Origin: Rhodopirellula sp.
GTDB lineage: Bacteria; Planctomycetota; Planctomycetia; Pirellulales; Pirellulaceae
Length of the DNA: 64,000 bases
Assembly (NCBI GenBank): GCA_002701385.1
Contig: NZVD01000060.1
Coordinates: 73,534 to 137,533 of the forward strand
Direction of reading: 5' to 3'
The notes under the pieces are model-generated. The model was given only the letters and a program-made list of their open reading frames with translations. It was not told the DNA's origin and searched no databases. Position 1 is the stretch's first letter, and each line of letters begins with the position of its first letter. The position numbers and the translations under genes are program-made. Below, piece after piece: positions 10,641 through 19,934 of the stretch.

Positions 10641-11426
10641 TTAAAACGGAAACGATTCGTCTAACGGTGACTTGGCCAGTTCGACGAGAAACCCCCCCAG
10701 CCGTTCCACCAAAACTTCCATGATCTTCTCACCCTTTTCTGCCGACGCCTGATGCGGATACCCTGACCCACTGTTGGTGGTCAGCAAATCCCATTGCCTC
10801 GTGAGACCAACCCAGCCTTGATTGACTGCATCAAATCTGGTTGGTTGTGTCGCTCCATCATCCGCCATCAACGTCCCGTCCTCATTCTTGGCTACCAGAT
10901 GGTTGCGATAAGCCAAAATCAAGGAAGTCTCCATTTCCCCGGCATGGTCTTCCTGATGTTCAAAAATGTCGTGATAAACATCTTCAAGCATGCGGAACCA
11001 GTTGGTCAAAAATAGATGCGCCTCGGTCTGCCCAGACAATTCACGCAGTAACGGTTTGAATTCATTCCCACCATGGCTATTGAGAATCACGACTTTCCTA
11101 ATTCCGCTACGTACCAAAGATTCCACCAGATCTTCAATCACTTTAAAGAGCGTGGTTGGGTATAGATTCATCGCCAGCGGGAAATGACGCATATTGGTTT
11201 CTGTCCCATACGGTACCGTTGGCAATAAAACGACTTTCGCGCCCTGATTAAAAGCGGCTTCACACACTCTTGACCCAATATCTTCTGCCTCGTAATGATC
11301 AGTTCCATAAGGCAAATGAAGATTATGCGGCTCGGTGGCTCCCATTGGCAGTACTGCCACTTCATAAGGGTTTTCTTTGATGTAACCGTAGTTGGCTTCG
11401 GATAAGATCCAGGGACGCATGCTCAA
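10641..11426 (-). CDS. Creatininase-family amidohydrolase
   Basis: 261 aa with family motifs MGATEPHNLHLPYGTD, NSHGGN and HAGEMETS. Confidence 0.8.
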   Translation of the reverse strand: MSMRPWILSEANYGYIKENPYEVAVLPMGATEPHNLHLPYGTDHYEAEDIGSRVCEAAFNQGAKVVLLPTVPYGTETNMRHFPLAMNLYPTTLFKVIEDLVESLVRSGIRKVVILNSHGGNEFKPLLRELSGQTEAHLFLTNWFRMLEDVYHDIFEHQEDHAGEMETSLILAYRNHLVAKNEDGTLMADDGATQPTRFDAVNQGWVGLTRQWDLLTTNSGSGYPHQASAEKGEKIMEVLVERLGGFLVELAKSPLDESFPF

Positions 11427-11445
11427 ATCACCAAGTTAAAGGAAG

Positions 11446-13269
11446 CTATTGTTGTAGTTTCGGTAGATTGGATTTTACTCGGTCTACCACCGAGTCGCTC
11501 ATCCGTGTCCCGGTTAATTCAAGAATGATGAGATTGACCATTGTCTCCAAATCACCCGCCGCCTGATCAGAAATCCCCGTACCTGTTAGGTACAAAACCT
11601 CGAGTGTCGATTTCCCGGCAAGCAGGCTGAGCGCCTTGTCGGTTACCTTGGTGTGGGCTAAATCAAGTGTTTCCAGCCTAGGCAGATCCGCGAGGACCTC
11701 CACGGTAGGGTCAGATATATCGGTGGAATCCAGTGTGACTTCTTCCAAATTTCGAAGGACCGAAAACACCGGGACGCTTTGATCTGAAACCGGACATCCT
11801 GTTAGATCGAGCCAGGTCAGCGTCTGCTGATCCTTCAATGAAGCAAGTCCCTTATCCGTAACTTTGCCATGGGCAGCGCTAAAGACCTTTAGCTGAGTCC
11901 CTGGCCTGAGTAATTTCAAATTTTCGTCTGAGACGATCAAAAACTCCCGATACTCTGACTCAATCTGCGATAACGGAACTCCAGCTATCTGCCCAAAACT
12001 CCCTTCGGTATCTGTTTTGGTATAGATCTTCCTCAGAAGTTCAAAGATTGCCTGCCGGTATTTGCCCTCGGCTCCATTCATTAAAAAGTGAGTGAGGCCA
12101 CTGAACTGGGCATACATTGGAACAATATTTGGGTGACGTTCCAGTTGTGTGCGATCCAACAAGACTAACTGTTCGATTGGAACATAGAACTGATTCACAA
12201 AGAAATGATAACGAGCGTACTGTAATCGCTGAGACTCAAAGCCACCCACCGTCACAAAGCGACCAAAATCCTGCATGGACTCCATGTAGTTGGCCACACC
12301 CTCAATCGCCCAGATATTCTGCTGTTCCCCTACATTCTTTAAACTCGGTCCCAACTCACTGAATAACTGATGAACCACTTCGTGAACCCAGGGATTTGAC
12401 TGAGGACGCTCCAGCTGCAAAAAGGCTGTTCCACTCGAAGGATAATAGAATCCCGTAGAATTCGAATTGACGATTGCTCGCTGCTGAAAGAATTGCTGAT
12501 ACTGCCGCTGCTCTGCAAACAAAACAACTTGATGGATGCGGCGATTATATAGTGGAGCATTTTCTCCATGGATCCGCTTTTTCAATGCATTGGTGTCACA
12601 CCAGAATTCGACAAACATTTGTTGCCAAACAGAGTATAACTGTTCCAATTCCCGTGCCAGTCTGGCACCATCGGCCGCAGTCGCGTTGGTGGAAATCTCG
12701 AAATGAGCTGTCTTAATTGTGTAGTACTGACCACTCTGCCATCCAGTCAATGGCATCGTCTTTTTAGCTCGGATCGGCTTAGGGCGTAATTGCACGACCG
12801 TCGAGTCAGAATAGCCAAGGATTTTACGAGCTTGGACGTGACGGTGGTTTTCATGAAGTACCCGGTGCAGCAATCGATAGGCTGCGGGAAGATCATGAGC
12901 GGTCTCTAATGCCTGCTTAAATAAACGTTCTGCTTCCTGCTCGCGAATCTCAGCGAAGCGGTCATACCAGAATTTCTCAAGCTGAGGGGCATTGGCAGGC
13001 GGTCGCTCATGATCGACATTTTGAAACGGATAGAACACCTGTTGATCCGTTCGCAAAGGCACAATCCAGTCTCGAGTTACCTTTGCCTGATGGTCAAGCC
13101 CCAACTCGTCACACTTAATAGCCAGCTGTTCAAGCTGTTCTGCAAAGGTTGACTGACGATCGGCGGCCGTATCACCGTCTTGCGCAATCACCGCCCCACT
13201 GGTCAAAACCAGCAAGGTCAGCACCAAACAGAGAGAATGAGTGTTCTTCGATATCAATCTTCTAATCAT
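11446..13269 (-). CDS. Secreted HExxH protein (putative zinc metallopeptidase-like, possibly DUF1570-type) with C-terminal leucine-rich repeats
   Basis: Signal peptide (LCLVLTLLVLTSGAVIAQ). HEVVH motif (NPWVHEVVHQLF). The C-terminal ~140 aa are ~24-aa LRRs (LDLTGCPVSD.., LDLAHTKVTD.., LYLTGTGISD.., LELTGTRMSD..). Confidence 0.6.
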   Translation of the reverse strand: MIRRLISKNTHSLCLVLTLLVLTSGAVIAQDGDTAADRQSTFAEQLEQLAIKCDELGLDHQAKVTRDWIVPLRTDQQVFYPFQNVDHERPPANAPQLEKFWYDRFAEIREQEAERLFKQALETAHDLPAAYRLLHRVLHENHRHVQARKILGYSDSTVVQLRPKPIRAKKTMPLTGWQSGQYYTIKTAHFEISTNATAADGARLARELEQLYSVWQQMFVEFWCDTNALKKRIHGENAPLYNRRIHQVVLFAEQRQYQQFFQQRAIVNSNSTGFYYPSSGTAFLQLERPQSNPWVHEVVHQLFSELGPSLKNVGEQQNIWAIEGVANYMESMQDFGRFVTVGGFESQRLQYARYHFFVNQFYVPIEQLVLLDRTQLERHPNIVPMYAQFSGLTHFLMNGAEGKYRQAIFELLRKIYTKTDTEGSFGQIAGVPLSQIESEYREFLIVSDENLKLLRPGTQLKVFSAAHGKVTDKGLASLKDQQTLTWLDLTGCPVSDQSVPVFSVLRNLEEVTLDSTDISDPTVEVLADLPRLETLDLAHTKVTDKALSLLAGKSTLEVLYLTGTGISDQAAGDLETMVNLIILELTGTRMSDSVVDRVKSNLPKLQQ

Positions 13270-13434
13270 GCTCTTATTTTAGCCCACACCCATCAAAACT
13301 TCTGCTCCCTCTCGTTCACTACGCTGACAATCCGAGATTCTTACTTGTCTTTGAGGTTCTGGGCACAGTAGAATTCGTCAGCAAGCCAGCCTGACTCGCT
13401 ATTCTCAATCATCTGATTTTCAAGAAGTATCGTC

Positions 13435-14460
13435 GTGCCTAAGAAATCCACTCTGCTCGTGCTGTGTACCCTTCTCTGCCTACAGGCATCCATGAATGCC
13501 CCCCTACAGGCCGCCCCTGTGGTTGATCTGGAGTTAGCGATGGATGGAGTGCCGGATTTTGCCGTTGTACGTAAATGGGTCGATCTACTGCAAAAAGCCG
13601 GATTCAAAAATGTCCGAGCCCGCAGTATTAAGCCGACCGACAAGCCGGAAGTCAAACCGGTGGGCAAAGGGGACAACCAACTCTATATCGTGACTGGCAT
13701 TCTTTCAGGAACTAAGATCATTCTTCCCAATGGTTCGATCCGATATGGAGATCTCGAAGGAGCCAAGGACTGGCTGGCTAAGCTTAGTGGCGATGGCGTC
13801 GAAAATTTGACCGCCGAGAAAGGCGCATACGGACTCACCAAAGAACAAATCGTGAAGATCTATGACGAACTGTCCAAGCCAGTCACACTCTCGACTAAAG
13901 ACCGAGCCACGAAAGATGTGATTCGGGGAATCTCCCAAGTGTGGAAAGTGCGAGTCGGAGTAGACACCAATGCACGCCAGTCTCTTTTTAGCGATCAGCC
14001 GTATGCCGGTGAATTAAAGGGCCTGACCAGTGGCTCGGCAATGGCCATGGTCCTTAAGTCTGTGGGACTCGTTATGTATCCCAAGAAGCCGGTCGGCGGA
14101 GAGGTCCAAATAATGATCTCACAACACAAAAAGGATCAGGAATTCTGGCCAACAGGCTGGGCGTTGGAGACTAATCCCGGTAAAGCCGCTCCGGAACTAT
14201 TTAATGAACTCGACGTGGAAATCAAAGCGACTGAAATCTCTAAAACACTGGGAGCCATTGCAGGTCGGTTAAAAACTCCAATTCTGATCGATTATGGAGA
14301 AATTCAACGTCGCGGTTTAAGTCTGGAAAAACGGGTTAACATCCCGCCGGGAAAGACCTTCTATAAAAAGATCATCGACCGAGCTCTTTCTCAGGGAGGT
14401 CTCCGTAGTGAATTTCGGACCGACGAAGCTGGTAAAGTCTTTCTTTGGGTCACCTACTAG
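13435..14460 (+). CDS. Secreted hypothetical protein
   Basis: 341-aa ORF with a GTG start and a signal peptide (LLVLCTLLCLQASMNAPLQA). Followed by a strong terminator. No recognisable motif. Confidence 0.6.
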   Translation: MPKKSTLLVLCTLLCLQASMNAPLQAAPVVDLELAMDGVPDFAVVRKWVDLLQKAGFKNVRARSIKPTDKPEVKPVGKGDNQLYIVTGILSGTKIILPNGSIRYGDLEGAKDWLAKLSGDGVENLTAEKGAYGLTKEQIVKIYDELSKPVTLSTKDRATKDVIRGISQVWKVRVGVDTNARQSLFSDQPYAGELKGLTSGSAMAMVLKSVGLVMYPKKPVGGEVQIMISQHKKDQEFWPTGWALETNPGKAAPELFNELDVEIKATEISKTLGAIAGRLKTPILIDYGEIQRRGLSLEKRVNIPPGKTFYKKIIDRALSQGGLRSEFRTDEAGKVFLWVTY

Positions 14461-14490
14461 GCCAACAGTTATTCAATACTGCTGACAAAT

Positions 14491-14526
14491 AAAAAAGCAC
14501 GCTAGCTTCCACTAGCGTGCTTTTTT
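14491..14526. terminator. Bidirectional intrinsic terminator
   Basis: 9-bp stem gcacgctag / ctagcgtgc (14497-14505 and 14512-14520) with a 6-nt loop, A6 upstream and T6 downstream. Sits downstream of both the + strand CDS ending at 14460 and the - strand tRNA-His. Confidence 0.85.
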
Positions 14527-14531
14527 AATAG

Positions 14532-14606
14532 GGTGGCTAAGGGGATTCGAACCCCCGACCCCTGGAACCACAATCCAGTGCTCTAACCAACTGAGCTACA
14601 GCCACC
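14532..14606 (-). tRNA. tRNA-His (anticodon GTG)
   Basis: The reverse complement folds as a cloverleaf: G-1 + GTGGCTG acceptor, GCTC D-stem, CTGGA/TCCAG anticodon stem with loop TTGTGGT (GTG), GGGGG-TTCGAAT-CCCCT T-arm, TAGCCAC acceptor and discriminator C. The G-1 is genomically encoded and diagnostic of tRNA-His. CCA is not encoded. Confidence 0.9.
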
Positions 14607-14698
14607 ACTGAGGAATTTAATTTAATTAGCAACTTCCAGATCGACAAGTGGACAAGTCGCTTTGTATTCGATTATCCAATCTTGAATTGGTCTCACGG

Positions 14699-16099
14699 CT
14701 AGCTAGCGATGATATCGTGATTGACATTGCCAAACACATCGGTCAGGCGGAAATCACGACCGCTATAGCGAAAGGTCAGTTCTTCATGATTGATCCCAAG
14801 CAAATGGAGAATCGTCGCATGCAGGTCATGAACATCCATCCGACCCTCAACAGCATTGACCCCCAATTCATCTGTTGCTCCGTGGATATACCCACCTTTC
14901 ACACCGCCACCACACAACCAGGTAGTAAACCCAGTATTGTGATGATTCCGTCCGGTTTTCCCCTGAGCGGTCGGTGTGCGTCCAAATTCACCGCCCCAAA
15001 TAATCAGCGTATCATCAAGCAAACCACGCTGTTTCAGATCCTGAATCAAGGCTGCGATCGGTTGATCACTCTTACCTGCATCGCGCTTATGGTCCATGAT
15101 ATTCCCATGGGCGTCCCACGGTTGTCCAGAACCGTAATAGATCTGCACCATACGTACTCCACGCTCCACCAGTCGGCGAGCCACTAAACAACCATTGGCA
15201 AACTGTCCCTCACCATAGGCATCAAGTGTTTCCTGCGATTCACGGGTAATGTCAAATGCCTGTTGAGCTTCAAATTGCATCCCATAAGCGACTTCCAGAG
15301 ACTGAATTCTAGCCTCCAAATTCAGATCCGCTGTTCGCTTTTCGAGGTGTTTTCGATTGCTTTGCTGAAGCAGGTCTAACAATCTACGCTGCGCATCGGG
15401 GGTCAGATTTTTGTTATTGATGTGGCCGATCACATTCTTCGGATCCACCTTGGAGTTGTTGATATGAGTCCCTTGATAAATCCCAGGCAGGAAACTATTT
15501 CCCCATAACGCCGGTCCGACAACTGGCTTACCCGGACACAACACCACGAACCCTGGCAGATTTTGATTTTCCGTTCCCAATCCGTATGTGACCCAGGATC
15601 CCAGGCAGGGACGAATGGGCTGTTGATTGCCACTGTTCATCATCAGCAACCCTGGCTCATGATTCGGAGTGGTTGTATGCATGCCGCGCAAGATACATAA
15701 CTCGTCTGCGACTTTACCCAGATTCGGGTAAAGCTCACTCATGTCGATTCCGGCTTCCCCGTACTTACCGAAGCTAAACGGGGACGGCATATACTTTCCA
15801 CCTTTGCCCGTTTTACCTTCCTGTACTTTCAATTCCGGCTTCGGATCAAAAGTATCAACATGAGATGGACCTCCATTCATAAACAGGAAGATCACGTGCT
15901 TCGCGCGGGGTGTATGATGCGTCTGTTTAGGAATAAGAGGGCTCGTTGACTTCACCGCAGCATCCAATTGCTGCTCCTGTGCCAACAAGGCCGAAAGGCC
16001 CAGCATACCAAAGCCAACGCCACTCGATTTCAGTAGCTGCCGGCGAGATACTAGGTTGTTCTTTAGTAACGGGTTGTTAACGATTTGAGGGTCGTACAT
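14699..16099 (-). CDS. DUF1501 domain protein (sulfatase/alkaline-phosphatase-like fold) with Tat signal
   Basis: 466 aa. Twin-arginine motif SRRQLLKSSGVGFGMLGL. Strong paralogy to the 51702-53174 product (GGPSHVDTFDPKPEL, WGGEFGRTP, HDLHATILHLLG). Immediately downstream of a DUF1553 gene. Confidence 0.85.
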   Translation of the reverse strand: MYDPQIVNNPLLKNNLVSRRQLLKSSGVGFGMLGLSALLAQEQQLDAAVKSTSPLIPKQTHHTPRAKHVIFLFMNGGPSHVDTFDPKPELKVQEGKTGKGGKYMPSPFSFGKYGEAGIDMSELYPNLGKVADELCILRGMHTTTPNHEPGLLMMNSGNQQPIRPCLGSWVTYGLGTENQNLPGFVVLCPGKPVVGPALWGNSFLPGIYQGTHINNSKVDPKNVIGHINNKNLTPDAQRRLLDLLQQSNRKHLEKRTADLNLEARIQSLEVAYGMQFEAQQAFDITRESQETLDAYGEGQFANGCLVARRLVERGVRMVQIYYGSGQPWDAHGNIMDHKRDAGKSDQPIAALIQDLKQRGLLDDTLIIWGGEFGRTPTAQGKTGRNHHNTGFTTWLCGGGVKGGYIHGATDELGVNAVEGRMDVHDLHATILHLLGINHEELTFRYSGRDFRLTDVFGNVNHDIIAS

Positions 16100-16151
16100 A
16101 TTTTAATTTCTTCGGATTGGTTTTAGGGGGCCTAAGCGGAAATCCCACCTC

Positions 16152-19100
16152 TTAATCAACAAACATAAACTCATTAGCACTCAACAGGGCCAATGCGTAT
16201 TGATCCCAGGCACTTTTCATATCTGACTCCGAGCCTACGGTCTCCAGGAATTCTTTCCCTAAAGCAACATCGGCATCATCAGCACTACGGCCATAAAGTA
16301 GTTCGAACACCTTTTGAATCTTTTCTTCAAGCGTGCCAACCATTTCACTTTCGACGCGTGAACTCAGTGCTCGGGCTCGGTTCATCATGAAGTCACTATT
16401 AAGGACAAACAACTGCTGCAAAGGAACGGTGGTGACTGGACGGGCAGCCGCAGTAATATTCGGGTCTGGGAAGTCAAACAACCTCAAGAGCTCATTTAAT
16501 CGATGACGGCTTACAAATCCATACAAGGTTCGACGCTTATTGTTTGCATCATCCAGATTCGTGGACGGACCACCCATATCTAGTTGTAACTCACCTGAGA
16601 CAGCCAATAGGCCGTCCCGCCAGGGCTCCACTTCCAATCGACGACGGTTCATACGCCAAATCAACTTATTGTCGGGATCTGCTTCAAACTTTTGAGCATT
16701 GAATTCACTACTCTGCTGATACGTCGCTGAGTTCATCACCAAACGGTGAATATGTTTCATTGACCAGCTATTCTGCATAAACTCCAAAGCCAGAAAATCC
16801 AGTAAAGCAGGATGACTTGGACGGTCCCCTAGTGTCCCGAAGTTACTCAGTGTTCCCACCAATCCTTTACCAAAGTGCCCGGACCAAATCCGATTGACCA
16901 TCACCCGAGCCGTGAGTGGATTGTCTTCTGAAGCGATCGAGTTGGCAAATTCCAATCGTCCGCTACCTGCGGATTCATACGGAACCTTTTCGCCTTGTGT
17001 AAAGATTGCCAGATTCGCTCGCTCGGCAATATCTCCTTTCTTCCCGGGGTCACCGGCAAGATAAACGGGGAGATCTTGAGCCTTGCCTTCGGTCAGAGAA
17101 TGAGCGCGGAGGATTTCAATCGCTTCTGCCTCTTTCTTCAGCTGTTCATGTGAGTTTCGCAACTCCACAATCTGAGCCTTCGTATCACCTTCCAGACGAG
17201 CTTCTGCTTCGTTGGGAGGTAACGCCAGCAAGCCCTCTTCATAAAGCATGCTTGACAATAAGATGGCATCCTGGCGAAGGGCTTCATCATTTAACTCTTG
17301 CTCATTTAATTCAGCCTCTGCCACGGCCTCCTGCGGTAGGGGATCCAATTCCAATCTCACACCTGACCAGACTGCGTGATCTGAACTGATGGAATTCTCA
17401 TCAGGACCTCCAGCTCCGGTGGTCACCAACGTTACATATTTAGCTGCCGACGGAACTTCAACCTCTAATTCGAAGAATTGGCCATCTGCTTTCATGGGAG
17501 GCGGAATGACACCCGTGAAGTAATACGTAAAGTCGCTGTATGTGATCTGCATTTTCTTGCCGTTGACATAACCGCCAAGAATCGCATCCATGACTTTTCG
17601 ATCTTTATGAGGTTTGGAAATAATAACGGCAAAGTGAGCACTCGCTCCTGAGTTCTTAACGTCATCGTTCAGGCCTGCGCGATCGACTTTGAATCGAAAC
17701 TTTTGATCCTGCTGCATCAGGCCCGCTTTACGAATTTCATCCAGGTCAAAGGTGACCAGAGCATTCGCATGCATTCCAATACCTTGCTCCTGTCGCTTAC
17801 CAGCAGCCTGATAGCCTTGCCCTGTGGTGGAGATACCATCCTTGCCTAGCCAGGAGTCGTTCGAGACTTTGCCATAAGCTCGGTCGTCGGCTCCGAGGTG
17901 AACAAAATCAAAGTCAATCTCTGGACCGATATGAATGCGTTCACCCCAACCAAAAGCGGTTTTCAAGACTCCGAGATCGCTCGGCTCAGCCGTTGCCCCA
18001 AACGCATCCGAAGAAAGAGCTCCATCTAAAGGTACGGTCTTTCCATCATCAAACAAATTGCCCAGAGGTAACACACCAGGTTTTACCTTGGCCACATCTT
18101 CACTTTTCACGAAGGCAACATTTTCACCAAATAACTCAAACAGCTTTTCGCGTGATGCTAATTTGGCTTCCACCTGCTGCTGTAGTGCCACGCCTACTTC
18201 CTTAGCCTTGGCTAAAATCAATTCGTCTTGCGACTGATCTTTGTCAGCAGGAAGCGAATCTCGCCATTCGAACCACTCAGCCAAATACGGACGCGTCTGT
18301 TGCTGACTCTTGTTTTTCATCTGTAGCAACGCCACCCATCGCTTGAGAAGCGTCTCACTTAACCCACTGTCCTTAAGCACTTCCTGATAGATCTTCTTTT
18401 GATCGTTTTCAACCTTATTGCGTTCCAGCCATTGGAATGCGGTCGTAACATAATTCGGAATTTCCTGCGTAAGGGATGGTCGCAGTTGCTTGCCGGCCGT
18501 CACTAAGAAGCGATTGATTTCCAGTTCTTTATCCTTAACGGCCTGATCTGCACTCCCACGCTGTTGCACAACAGAAGGCGAGACGACCGGCCGTTCCTGA
18601 TAATTCGTACTGGCAAATAAACCTGCGAGCCCATAATAGTCACTTGTCGAAATCGGGTCATATTTGTGATCGTGACAACGAGCACAGGAAACCGTTAGCC
18701 CCAATACTCCGCGACTGACAGTATCAATCCGGTCATCCCATTCATCTGCCGCCGCTTTTGCCTTCTCAACATTTTCCGCATAGTAAACCGGGCCTAATGC
18801 GAACAGCCCCAAGGCTGCTAAACGTTCGTGTTGGTTAGGAGCATCAATCAGGTCGCCAGCGACTTGGTATTTGACGAATGTGTTGTAGGGCATGTCGTCA
18901 TTAAAAGACTGGACAACCCAATCCCGGTACAAATAGCCCCGTGGGTATTTTCTCGCCTTAAATGTATGGGCCTGATCTTCGCCGTATCGAGCAACATCCA
19001 GCCAATACCGCCCCCAACGCTCACCGTAATGCTTGGAAGCCAGCAATGACTCAACCACTTTAGAAAATGCTTCAGCACTGTCGTCATTGAGGAATGACTC

Positions 19101-19733
19101 AACCTGCAGCGGTGTAGGTGGCAGACCTATCAGATCATAATACGCACGACGAATGAGCGTTCGTTTATCTGCCCGTGGCCCCGGCTCCATATGATTCTCT
19201 TCCAGGCTGGCAAGAATGTAGTTATCAACTTCGTTCTTGACCCAATCCGACTGACGAACTTGAGGGAGATCTGTCGCAGCAGGTTTCTTAAACGACCAGA
19301 AATCCGCAGCCTTGGCATAGTCGATGGAGCTGCGAGTGACGACTTGCCCGCCTTCCCGGGGATCAACAGCTCCGTTCTTAATCCACAACTCGAAATCTTT
19401 TAAAACACTTTCCGGCAACTTGCCCTTAGGCGGCATCTCAAAAGACTCATACTTCATAGCACTCAATAAGAGGCTCTCATCCGGTTTACCCGGAACAATT
19501 CCAGCTCCTGAATCGCCGCCCTGACGAATTCCCTTGCGGCTATCGAGCAGGTAACCACCCTTAACTGAATCACTCTCAAGGCTGTGGCAGGAATAACAAT
19601 GCTGCACTAAGACCGGGCGAATCTTCGTTTCAAAGAATTCAACTTGGACAGGATCGAGTTTATCTTCAGCTCTTAGCGAGTGACTAAAGACGATGACGCA
19701 TAACAATGACAGTGCGGAATAGGTTCGCAACAT
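16152..19733 (-). CDS. PSCyt/DUF1549/DUF1553 domain protein (planctomycete cytochrome c-like) with an internal NPCBM-like insert
   Basis: Signal peptide after Met40 of the ORF-track product (MLRTYSALSLLCVIVFSHSLRA), so the start is placed at 19733. CxxCH motif CYSCHS. DUF1549-type GERWGRYWLDVARY. DUF1553-type CARCHDHKYDPI. C-terminal LSANEFMFVD. Confidence 0.85.
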   Translation of the reverse strand: MLRTYSALSLLCVIVFSHSLRAEDKLDPVQVEFFETKIRPVLVQHCYSCHSLESDSVKGGYLLDSRKGIRQGGDSGAGIVPGKPDESLLLSAMKYESFEMPPKGKLPESVLKDFELWIKNGAVDPREGGQVVTRSSIDYAKAADFWSFKKPAATDLPQVRQSDWVKNEVDNYILASLEENHMEPGPRADKRTLIRRAYYDLIGLPPTPLQVESFLNDDSAEAFSKVVESLLASKHYGERWGRYWLDVARYGEDQAHTFKARKYPRGYLYRDWVVQSFNDDMPYNTFVKYQVAGDLIDAPNQHERLAALGLFALGPVYYAENVEKAKAAADEWDDRIDTVSRGVLGLTVSCARCHDHKYDPISTSDYYGLAGLFASTNYQERPVVSPSVVQQRGSADQAVKDKELEINRFLVTAGKQLRPSLTQEIPNYVTTAFQWLERNKVENDQKKIYQEVLKDSGLSETLLKRWVALLQMKNKSQQQTRPYLAEWFEWRDSLPADKDQSQDELILAKAKEVGVALQQQVEAKLASREKLFELFGENVAFVKSEDVAKVKPGVLPLGNLFDDGKTVPLDGALSSDAFGATAEPSDLGVLKTAFGWGERIHIGPEIDFDFVHLGADDRAYGKVSNDSWLGKDGISTTGQGYQAAGKRQEQGIGMHANALVTFDLDEIRKAGLMQQDQKFRFKVDRAGLNDDVKNSGASAHFAVIISKPHKDRKVMDAILGGYVNGKKMQITYSDFTYYFTGVIPPPMKADGQFFELEVEVPSAAKYVTLVTTGAGGPDENSISSDHAVWSGVRLELDPLPQEAVAEAELNEQELNDEALRQDAILLSSMLYEEGLLALPPNEAEARLEGDTKAQIVELRNSHEQLKKEAEAIEILRAHSLTEGKAQDLPVYLAGDPGKKGDIAERANLAIFTQGEKVPYESAGSGRLEFANSIASEDNPLTARVMVNRIWSGHFGKGLVGTLSNFGTLGDRPSHPALLDFLALEFMQNSWSMKHIHRLVMNSATYQQSSEFNAQKFEADPDNKLIWRMNRRRLEVEPWRDGLLAVSGELQLDMGGPSTNLDDANNKRRTLYGFVSRHRLNELLRLFDFPDPNITAAARPVTTVPLQQLFVLNSDFMMNRARALSSRVESEMVGTLEEKIQKVFELLYGRSADDADVALGKEFLETVGSESDMKSAWDQYALALLSANEFMFVD

Positions 19734-19934
19734 AGGGCCGTCAATAATAGGAGGTGGGATAGTTTGGGTAACTCTATTCATTATCTCATAAGGGCACGTT
19801 GTAATGAAGACTGATGGAGAGAATTCGAATTGTTTGAATTCGAAATCCATAATATCCCCACCACCTCGAATCTCTTATAAATAAAGAATACCTAAACCAA
19901 TTCCCCAAAAAACTTCTCCGTCTGGGAGTCTGAA

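Noticed and set aside
14532-14606. tRNA-His as an integration site for a genomic island.
   Set aside because: No integrase, no duplicated tRNA 3' fragment (direct repeat) that I could find, and the flanking genes are typical core-like planctomycete families on both sides.
14648-15187. Long antisense ORFs in the six-frame track. Examples are 14648-15187 (+), 5249-5746 (-), 8626-9090 (-), 22724-23146 (-), 54014-54505 (+), 5897-6343 (-) and the many ORFs between 1859 and 2976.
   Set aside because: Each lies entirely inside a gene with strong family motifs on the opposite strand or in another frame. Their translations are low-complexity or Arg/Ser/Pro-rich, with no motifs. They are typical shadow ORFs.
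19734-19850. N-terminal extensions suggested by the ORF track. Examples are 19734-19850, 55815-55946 (def), 29815-29922 (FIST), 4980-5036 (NRDE), 4089-4109 (pyrE) and 29906-29950.
   Set aside because: Internal Met codons give canonical N-termini: a signal peptide, Met-Cys of the NRDE family, MEIITHP of Def. The extra residues have no homologous counterpart.
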